A DNA stretch of 64,000 nucleotides from Elusimicrobiota bacterium (GTDB lineage: Bacteria > Elusimicrobiota > Endomicrobiia > Endomicrobiales > JBDRNC01): the NCBI GenBank assembly GCA_043811535.1, contig JBDRNC010000008.1, positions 32,001 through 96,000 of the forward strand, written 5' to 3'. A model generated the notes under the pieces. It saw only the letters and a program-made list of their open reading frames with translations. It had not been told where the DNA came from and did no database searches. The position numbers and the translations under genes were made by a program. Positions 46,790-54,118 of this stretch are shown here, piece by piece. Position 1 is the stretch's first letter, and each line of letters begins with the position of its first letter.

Positions 46790-46827
46790 ACAATTAGCAA
46801 TTGTCAATTAACAATGGAGGTTTACTT

Positions 46828-47589
46828 ATGAAACGATTCTTTTCCGCTCTACCCACGCAGTTTAAAGCCGCTACCCAGTTCCTGACGGTGTTTCCGGTAA
46901 AATCCGGCAGTTTCCCGGACAAAACTACTCTTTCGGGCGCGATTGCGATGTTTCCGCTGATAGGTGTGGCTTTGGGTTTCGTTCTAGCCGTGTCAAACTC
47001 TGTATTCTCAATGGCTTTCCCCGCAACCGTCTCAAGCGTGCTGACCGTACTGGTTCTGGTACTTCTGACCGGCGGGCTCCACCAGGACGGACTGGCCGAT
47101 ACCTGCGACGGGATTTTCGGCGGGAGTGAAAGCTCAAAACGCCTTGAGATAATGCGCGACAGCAGGATAGGCACGTTCGGGGTGCTCGCCCTGATAGCCG
47201 ATTTCCTCCTTAAGGTTTACCTGATAACGGCAATCCCGGCCACATTGAAGACTCCGGCGCTTATAATGATGCCGCTGGCAAGCAGGTGGGGCATGGTATT
47301 GGCGCTTTATCTTTTTAAATACGCCAGGGAAAACGGGAAAGCGAAGGCGTTCTTTGAAAGCATGGATACAAAGACGTTCGTGATAGGCACCGCGATAGCG
47401 CTGGCATCCGCTTTCGTTTTCGCGAAATTCAACGGCTTGTTTATCGTCGTAGCGGCAGGCGTTGTAGTTTATATCGCCGGCGGTTTTTTCGAGAAAAAAA
47501 TCGGAGGAATGACAGGAGACACATTGGGGGCGATGAATGAAATATGCGAGATTGTCGCATTGCTGTTAATCGTCACAATAACTCATTAA
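46828..47589 (+). CDS. cobS: Cobalamin synthase (adenosylcobinamide-GDP ribazoletransferase)
   Basis: FLT..P, TGGLH.DGLADTCDG, IMRDSRIGTFG, GG.TGD.LGA; ATG 46828 behind GGAGG. Confidence 0.95.
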   Translation: MKRFFSALPTQFKAATQFLTVFPVKSGSFPDKTTLSGAIAMFPLIGVALGFVLAVSNSVFSMAFPATVSSVLTVLVLVLLTGGLHQDGLADTCDGIFGGSESSKRLEIMRDSRIGTFGVLALIADFLLKVYLITAIPATLKTPALIMMPLASRWGMVLALYLFKYARENGKAKAFFESMDTKTFVIGTAIALASAFVFAKFNGLFIVVAAGVVVYIAGGFFEKKIGGMTGDTLGAMNEICEIVALLLIVTITH

Positions 47590-47595
47590 AAAATC

Positions 47596-48435
47596 ATGAG
47601 ACAGCTTAAAATCACGATAGCATGTCTGATACTGCCGTTACTCTTCTGTTCAAGCGCTTTGGCCTATGACCGAATCATCTCTATCATACCTTCGGCCACA
47701 AAAAGCATTTATCTCATGGGTTTGGAAGACAAGCTAGTGGCGGTAACGGTATACTGCCCGCCGGAAGCCTCTGAAAAAGAGAAAATCGGCACCGTGCTTG
47801 AGCCCGACCTTGAAAAGATAGTATCGCTCGAGCCCGACCTTGTCATAGCGACAAAAGAAGGAAACAGGCATCAGACCGTCGAGAAGCTTCAAAGTCTCGG
47901 CATTAAAGTGTACGTGATGGATTCGGTGAATAACTTTGAAGAGATCTGCGGCGCTTTTATAAAGCTCGGCAGGTTCCTCGGCGCGGACAACAGCGCCGGA
48001 AAAGTCGTGCGCGGCGCCAGAAAAAGAATAGAAAAAGTCAGGTCCGTAAAAAGGAACAGCAAGCCGGCCGTCTTCTGCGAGATAGGCGCCCGGCCGCTTT
48101 TCACCGCGAGCGGCGGAAGTTTCATCAACGACATAATAGAGTTCGCGGGCGCAGCCAACATTTTCAAGGACCTCAAGCCGCGCTACCCCCAGATAAGCCG
48201 CGAAGAAGTGCTAAAACGCGATCCCGACGCGATAGTAATAATCACTATGGGCGACGTGACTGACAAGGAAAAAGAGGCCTGGAACGAATTCCCCGGACTT
48301 AAAGCCGCGCGGTCCGGCAGGATATATGTCCTGAGCGAGGCGGTTTTCACCGACCCAACCCCGTCCGGGCTCGCCGACGGAGTAGAGATACTCGCGCAGA
48401 CGCTTTTCGGTAAAAGTAGAGATAGAAAACAATAA
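47596..48435 (+). CDS. btuF: Cobalamin ABC transporter substrate-binding protein
   Basis: RIIS..PS.T, EKIVSLEPDLV, AGAANIF, EEV..RDPD; operon context. Confidence 0.88.
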   Translation: MRQLKITIACLILPLLFCSSALAYDRIISIIPSATKSIYLMGLEDKLVAVTVYCPPEASEKEKIGTVLEPDLEKIVSLEPDLVIATKEGNRHQTVEKLQSLGIKVYVMDSVNNFEEICGAFIKLGRFLGADNSAGKVVRGARKRIEKVRSVKRNSKPAVFCEIGARPLFTASGGSFINDIIEFAGAANIFKDLKPRYPQISREEVLKRDPDAIVIITMGDVTDKEKEAWNEFPGLKAARSGRIYVLSEAVFTDPTPSGLADGVEILAQTLFGKSRDRKQ

Positions 48436-48552
48436 GGATTTTATGGTAATGAGTCCCGTTAGACCGCGTAAGTATCAGGATAAATTTTCACAAAGAGCTC
48501 ATATTATAGCCGTAAGCAAAGCTTAATCTAAAACAAGAGAGGTCTAAACGGG

Positions 48553-49221
48553 ATGAAAGTTATCATATCCTGGAGCGGAGGGAAGGACAGCTGCCTGGCG
48601 CTTTATAAGGCGATAAAAGCCGGGCACCAGCCCGTTGTGCTCCTGAATTACATATCGGAAGAACATAAAAGGTGCTGTTTCCACGGCGTCCCGATGGAAC
48701 TCATAAAGGCGCAGGCCGATTCCCTGGGCATACCGCTTGAACAGAAAGCCGCGCCGGCGACCATGGAAGGCTACGAAAAAATGTTCAAGGAAGCGGTTCG
48801 CGAATTGATGGCTAAATATGACGCCGAGGGCATGGTTTTCGGGGATATTTACCTGCTTGAACACCAGAGCTGGGTCGAAAGGGTATGCGGTGAAATAGGC
48901 GTTAAAATGATAGAACCGCTGTGGGAACAGCCGGTTGAAAAACTCATAGATGAATTCCTCGGATTAGGATTTAAAACGACAATTGTAAGCGCCAAGGCCG
49001 ACATCCACGGCGAAAACTTCGTCGGGCGGGATATGAGCCCTGAAATAGTCCAAATGCTGAAGGCGGAAAAGGCCTGCGTTTGCGGGGAGAACGGCGAATA
49101 CCACACCTTTGTTTACGACGGCCCGCTGTTCAAAAATAAGATCAGCATAACAAAGGCGGAAAAAACATTCAGGGACGGGTTCTGGAAACACTGGTTCTTA
49201 GATATACAAGAGTTTGCGTAA
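48553..49221 (+). CDS. Diphthine--ammonia ligase-like (ATP_bind_4/MJ0570) PP-loop ATPase
   Basis: SWSGGKDS, HGV......QA...GIP, VFGDI, PLW, CGENGEYHTFV.DGP.F. Confidence 0.88.
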   Translation: MKVIISWSGGKDSCLALYKAIKAGHQPVVLLNYISEEHKRCCFHGVPMELIKAQADSLGIPLEQKAAPATMEGYEKMFKEAVRELMAKYDAEGMVFGDIYLLEHQSWVERVCGEIGVKMIEPLWEQPVEKLIDEFLGLGFKTTIVSAKADIHGENFVGRDMSPEIVQMLKAEKACVCGENGEYHTFVYDGPLFKNKISITKAEKTFRDGFWKHWFLDIQEFA

Positions 49222-49356
49222 AACACTAAACTCTAAATACTAAACACTAAATAAATCAAAAATTGTAAATCCAAATTTAAATATAATTGCAGTGTTTGAT
49301 TTTTAGGATTTGTATTTTGAGCTTATTTAGTATTTAGTGTTTTGTATTTAGTATTT
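49221..49356. repeat. Inverted pair of heptamer arrays (CTAAAYA / TATTTAG) with no internal gene
   Basis: Left arm 49221-49276, right arm ~49293-49356. Confidence 0.85.
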
Positions 49357-49367
49357 GACAGGAATTT

Positions 49368-50357
49368 ATGAATAAAAAGCATCTTATCCTGCTATCTCTT
49401 GCGTTCATTCTGGCCGTCAGCGTTCTCTTCTCGCTATGCGTGGGCGGCAGCAAGCTTGGAATAACCGAAGTATTCACCGCGCTTCTTAACGGAAGCTCCG
49501 CGGACACTACTTCCACCATCGTCTGGAAAATAAGGGTGCCGCGCGTGCTTCTCGGAGTATTCGTCGGGATGGGCCTTGCGGCGGTCGGATGCGTCTTCCA
49601 GGGCCTGCTCAGGAACCCTCTTGCCGACCCCTATACTTTAGGCATTTCCGGGGGAGCCGCGTTCGGGGCCACGCTTGCCGTGATAACCGGAATTGCCGCC
49701 TTTACGGCGTTTTCGGTTCCCATATGCGCATTCTTAGGCTCGCTCGCGTGTTTCTACGCGGTCTACATGATAGCGTCCAGAAAAAGTTTCTCCATAAACT
49801 CGCTTATTCTGACGGGCGTCATCTTCGGATTCATATTCTCCTCGGCGGTCCTTCTGATGCTCGCTCTCGCGAGCCCCGATAAGATACATGCCTCCATTAT
49901 CTGGCTGACGGGTGACCTGTCCTCCGCGGGCAGAGATCTCACATTGATCGTGCCGGCTATCGTACTGGTTGGAACCGCGGTCCTCATGATATTTTCCAGG
50001 GAGCTTAACGTGCTGGTTCTCGGGGAGGAAAAGGCCCTCACTCTCGGCATTGAAACCGAAAAAACAAAAAAAATAATTTTCGTCACCGCATCTCTTATCA
50101 CCGGAGCGTGCGTCTCGGCTTCGGGCATCATAGGTTTCGTCGGGCTGATTATCCCGCATCTTATGAGGAAGATCACCGGGCCCGACCACAGGTACCTGAT
50201 ACCCGCGTCGGCACTCGGCGGAGCGGCCTTCCTTCCGCTGTGCGATTCATTTTCAAGAACGATAATAGCGCCCGTTGAACTTCCCGTAGGCGTCGTAACG
50301 GGGCTCGCGGGCGGAATATTTTTCCTTGTTTTCCTGTTAAGATCGGAGAAAATATAG
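49368..50357 (+). CDS. btuC: Cobalamin ABC transporter permease (FecCD/BtuC)
   Basis: R.PR, Q.LLRNPLADPY.LGIS.GA, LGEE.A..LG, G.IGFVGL..PH, ELPVG. Confidence 0.92.
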   Translation: MNKKHLILLSLAFILAVSVLFSLCVGGSKLGITEVFTALLNGSSADTTSTIVWKIRVPRVLLGVFVGMGLAAVGCVFQGLLRNPLADPYTLGISGGAAFGATLAVITGIAAFTAFSVPICAFLGSLACFYAVYMIASRKSFSINSLILTGVIFGFIFSSAVLLMLALASPDKIHASIIWLTGDLSSAGRDLTLIVPAIVLVGTAVLMIFSRELNVLVLGEEKALTLGIETEKTKKIIFVTASLITGACVSASGIIGFVGLIIPHLMRKITGPDHRYLIPASALGGAAFLPLCDSFSRTIIAPVELPVGVVTGLAGGIFFLVFLLRSEKI

Positions 50358-50406
50358 CGACAACTGTGTACATGTGCTAAACGCTAAAAATAATATAAAG
50401 GTTAAA

Positions 50407-51222
50407 ATGTTAGAACTTAATGGCGTATCAGCGGGTTATGGCGGACGAACAGTGATATCGGACATATCGTTCCGCGCGGAAAAGGGCTCATTTCACGGGA
50501 TAATAGGGCCGAACGGCGCCGGCAAGACAACGCTTTTCAGGACTATAAGCAGGATAATAGGCCTGTCCGCAGGCAAGATGTTCTTTGGCGGCAAAGACAT
50601 CGGCAGGATCCCGAGGCATATTCTCGCGAAAGACGTCGCCACGATGCTCCCGCTTTACGACATTCCTTTCACGTTTTCCGTAGAGGAATTCGTCATGCTG
50701 GGCAGGTTCCCTCACCAGAACAGGTTTGAAAAACCGAAAAAAGAAGATTATGAATCGGTAAGGCAGAACCTTGAATTCACGGACATAATCAATCTGAAAG
50801 ACAGGAAACTGAACGAGCTGTCCGGCGGCGAAAGGCAGAGGGCCATTCTCGCTCAGGCGCTCGCGCAGAAACCGAAACTCCTTCTGCTGGACGAGCCGAC
50901 GGCATATCTTGACATCGGCCACCAGATAGCGATACTTGACCTGATAAAGAAACTCAACAGGGACGACGGGCTTACCGTTATTACAATTCTTCACGACCTG
51001 AACCTCGCGAGCGAATACTGCGACAAGCTGTTGATGATGCGCGGCGGCGGAATATTCAGGTCCGGAACTCCGGAAGAAGTGCTTACTTACGAAAATATAG
51101 AACAGGTGTATAAAACCGTTGTTGTGGTAAAGGAAAATCCGATTTCGCGCAGGCCTTATGTGATATCGGTTTCGGGCGAAAGCCTGAAAAGGAAAACTGC
51201 CGGCACAGGGAATCCCGTGTAA
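50407..51222 (+). CDS. btuD: Cobalamin ABC transporter ATP-binding protein
   Basis: GPNGAGKTT, LSGGERQR, LLLDEPT, LHDLNLA; start taken at ATG 50407. Confidence 0.9.
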   Translation: MLELNGVSAGYGGRTVISDISFRAEKGSFHGIIGPNGAGKTTLFRTISRIIGLSAGKMFFGGKDIGRIPRHILAKDVATMLPLYDIPFTFSVEEFVMLGRFPHQNRFEKPKKEDYESVRQNLEFTDIINLKDRKLNELSGGERQRAILAQALAQKPKLLLLDEPTAYLDIGHQIAILDLIKKLNRDDGLTVITILHDLNLASEYCDKLLMMRGGGIFRSGTPEEVLTYENIEQVYKTVVVVKENPISRRPYVISVSGESLKRKTAGTGNPV

Positions 51223-51368
51223 ATCGGGAACAGCCCCGCTACTGTAATCCAGCCCTTACGGGTGTATGGCAACAACCACTGCTATTTTTACGGCAGGAAG
51301 GTGCCATTCAGGAGAAGATTCTCCTGGGAGAGTCAGGAAACCCGTCGGCAAGAACACACTCGAGGGAG
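51198..51368 (+). ncRNA. Cobalamin riboswitch 2 (upstream of btuB)
   Basis: TGCCGGC/GTCGGCA closing stem, GGGAA, CCCGTGTAAATCGGG, CAGCCCCGCTACTGTAA, CCACTG..GGAAGG, AGTCAGGAAACC. Confidence 0.9.
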
Positions 51369-51482
51369 GACATATGACTACAGCAATTAGCACTTAGCCC
51401 GCCGCGGCGGGGCAATTAGTTCGGAGAAAACGGCAAAGGCATAGACAGAACGGCAACACAAAAACAAGAAAAAGGAAGAACA

Positions 51483-53357
51483 ATGAAAATAAAACATATC
51501 GCATTATTCGTTTGCGCAGTATTCGCTTCAACACTTGTGTCAGCTCAGGATGACGTATTTTTAAGCCTTACCAGGAAAGCAAAAGACATCAAGGAAATGC
51601 CCACGAACGTGACGGTGATAGGTGAAACTGAAATAGCCGCCAAAAAAGCGGAAAATGCCGGGGAAATCATAAAAAATACGGTCGGCCTGACGTCCGGACA
51701 ATACGGGCCGTCTTTCGGAGGCCAATTTGACGTCATGCTCCGCGGCTCGTCCCCGGAAGAAGTCCTCGTGCTCATTGACGGCCGAAGGATCAACAACCCG
51801 TCCATGGGCCTTGTCAACATGGGGCTCATACCCGCGGAAAACATAGAGAAAATAGAGATAATCCGCGGCGGAGCCTCCGCGATCTACGGCACGAACGCTT
51901 TCGGCGGCACTATCAACATCATCACGAAAAAGCCAAAAGACGACGCGCCAAGCGCGGAACTCGGCTTTAACGCGGGGAACTTCAACACCCAGGGATACAG
52001 GCTGAACCTCAACGCCAAAAAGGGAGCGCTGTCGGGTTTCGCGTCCGCCGGAAAGTCTTTATCGGACGGTTGGCGGGACAACTCAAAGTTTGACGGGCGC
52101 AACTTCTCCGGCAGATTAGGATACGAGGCGGGAGCCGCGGGCAATTTTGACCTGTCCGCATCCATCGAGGCTTCCGATTACGGCACGCCGGGACCGGGCG
52201 CGACGCTGGACAAGTACGACGGAACCGTAGAAAAAGAGTCATCCTCCGACGGCATTTACAAGGACTTTAAGAATTATTACAGGCTCGAACAATCGCTGGC
52301 TTTGGGCGAAAACCTGATAAAAAACTCGGTCTATTCATCCCTGTCCGACTCCAATTACAGCGAAGCGCTGAACTTCAAGGACAACGATTACAAGAACTTT
52401 GTATTCGGGGCCGAGTCCCAGTTCATACACGAAATAGGATTTACGGCAGGCGCGGAATGGTGGGAGGAATCCTATAAGAACGGCGATAACATAATGGACA
52501 CTACGCTTGTAGACAAAAGCAGGGTAAACGCCGCCTGCTACATCCAGCAGGAACTGAAAGCCGGAAATTTTGCTTTCATACCGAGCGCGAGATACGACAG
52601 CAACTCCGTCTTCGGAAGCGTCTTCAGCCCCAGAACAACGATTACGTGGCAGGCGTCGGACGCGCTGAAACTCTCCGCGAACTCCGCCAAAGCGTGGCGC
52701 GCCCCCACATTCAACGAGCTGTACTGGGTCAGGGAATCTTTCGTATGGAGCGGAGTCACGTATATAACGGAAGGAACCCCGGACCTCGTTCCCGAAGAAG
52801 GGATTACGTCGGACCTCGGCGCGGAATACACCTTCAGCGCGTGCAAGGCCGGCCTCACCGCATTCCTCACCGACAGCCGGAACCTGATCTCGTGGGATTC
52901 CACGTTTGACGCGGCGACAAACACAAGCTTTTACAAGACAGCTAATATAAACAAGGCGAAACAGACCGGAGCCGAGTTCACGTTTGACCATAAACTTGCG
53001 AGCGGGCTCTACCATTCGGTCAATTACATGTACCTGTGGGCGCAGGACACGGTTAAAGAAGAAATGCTGATATACAGGCCAAGGAACACGGCCAACTACA
53101 AAATAACCTGCCTGACGCCTTTTGACACGAGATTCGACGTTTCGGCCCAGTACGTCAGCGAACAGGAAACCGGAGAAACTTACGCGTTCCTGCCCGAGTA
53201 CACTCTGGTAAACTTCGGGGTATCGCAGAAAATCCGCGACACCGAACTCTGGCTGAAAGCCAATAATGTCACCGACAAGAAATACCAGACGCGCAACAAG
53301 TATCCGCTGCCCGGCATAAATTTCAACGCCGGCGTGACGGTGAAGTTCTGGAATTAA
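51483..53357 (+). CDS. btuB: TonB-dependent receptor, probable corrinoid transporter
   Basis: Signal peptide, plug RGS....VLVLIDG, IEKIEIIRG..SAIYG..A.GG.INIITK, RAPTFNELY, NVTDK.Y; riboswitch upstream. Confidence 0.9.
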   Translation: MKIKHIALFVCAVFASTLVSAQDDVFLSLTRKAKDIKEMPTNVTVIGETEIAAKKAENAGEIIKNTVGLTSGQYGPSFGGQFDVMLRGSSPEEVLVLIDGRRINNPSMGLVNMGLIPAENIEKIEIIRGGASAIYGTNAFGGTINIITKKPKDDAPSAELGFNAGNFNTQGYRLNLNAKKGALSGFASAGKSLSDGWRDNSKFDGRNFSGRLGYEAGAAGNFDLSASIEASDYGTPGPGATLDKYDGTVEKESSSDGIYKDFKNYYRLEQSLALGENLIKNSVYSSLSDSNYSEALNFKDNDYKNFVFGAESQFIHEIGFTAGAEWWEESYKNGDNIMDTTLVDKSRVNAACYIQQELKAGNFAFIPSARYDSNSVFGSVFSPRTTITWQASDALKLSANSAKAWRAPTFNELYWVRESFVWSGVTYITEGTPDLVPEEGITSDLGAEYTFSACKAGLTAFLTDSRNLISWDSTFDAATNTSFYKTANINKAKQTGAEFTFDHKLASGLYHSVNYMYLWAQDTVKEEMLIYRPRNTANYKITCLTPFDTRFDVSAQYVSEQETGETYAFLPEYTLVNFGVSQKIRDTELWLKANNVTDKKYQTRNKYPLPGINFNAGVTVKFWN

Positions 53358-53360
53358 AAC

Positions 53361-53439
53361 GATTGCACAGATTATAAACGAAGATTACACAGATTATTAA
53401 TGAAGATTACACCGATTACTAACGGAGATTCCACAGATA
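53361..53439 (+). repeat. Orphan GATTACAC 22-bp-period array (4 units)
   Basis: Units at 53361, 53383, 53405, 53427. Confidence 0.92.
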
Positions 53440-53512
53440 AAACAAATCCCCTGTATTCCACTTCCGAAGTGGCGAAGCCTCTTCGGAAGTGGCAGGGTGG
53501 CGAGGTCATGCA

Positions 53513-54055
53513 ATGCTTAAGAAACTGCCGTTGAGCGAGTTCTACCATCTCATCAACCACGGGCCGTGCGTCCTGATAACGTCCGGAAGCGCGCAAAATG
53601 CCAATGTCGCGCCCGTCGCGTGGACGATGCCGGTCAATGACGACCCTCCGATGCTGGCGATATCAGTCGCTGAAAGCCATTATACTGCCGAGTTGATAGG
53701 AAAAACCGGCGAGTTTGCGGTCAACATACCCGATAAAAAGATGCTTGCCGTTTTGATGTCGGCGGGAAAAGTATCCGGCAGGAAGGAAAATAAGATCCGA
53801 AAATACGGTATCAGTATTCAGGACGGTATTAAGATATCAACGCCGCACCTTGAGGACGCCATCGGCTGCATAGAGTGCCGTGTCAAGGAAAAGCGGGTTT
53901 ATGAAGGGGTCGTGGTCATCATTGCCGATGTGCTGCACTGCGCGGTTAAAAAGGGGCTTTACGACTCGTACTGGATAACGCCTAAGGCTAAGACCCTGCA
54001 TCATCTGGGAAGCGGATATTTCTGTACTCCGGGGAAGAGATTTAAATATAAATAA
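53513..54055 (+). CDS. Flavin reductase-like (flavoredoxin) FMN-binding protein
   Basis: GP.VLITS, N.AP.AW, TGEFAVNIP, G..SGR...K, IECRV, LHHLG. Confidence 0.88.
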   Translation: MLKKLPLSEFYHLINHGPCVLITSGSAQNANVAPVAWTMPVNDDPPMLAISVAESHYTAELIGKTGEFAVNIPDKKMLAVLMSAGKVSGRKENKIRKYGISIQDGIKISTPHLEDAIGCIECRVKEKRVYEGVVVIIADVLHCAVKKGLYDSYWITPKAKTLHHLGSGYFCTPGKRFKYK

Positions 54056-54118
54056 TAGTGCTTAGAGAATAGGGATTAGTGGATAGGAGTTTAATCCCTG
54101 CTCACTATTCTCTATTTC

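Noticed and set aside
53372..53596. Minus-strand 74-aa ORF and the GTG-start extension of the flavin reductase
   Set aside because: Derived from the repeat array and hairpin; ATG at 53513 fits the family start
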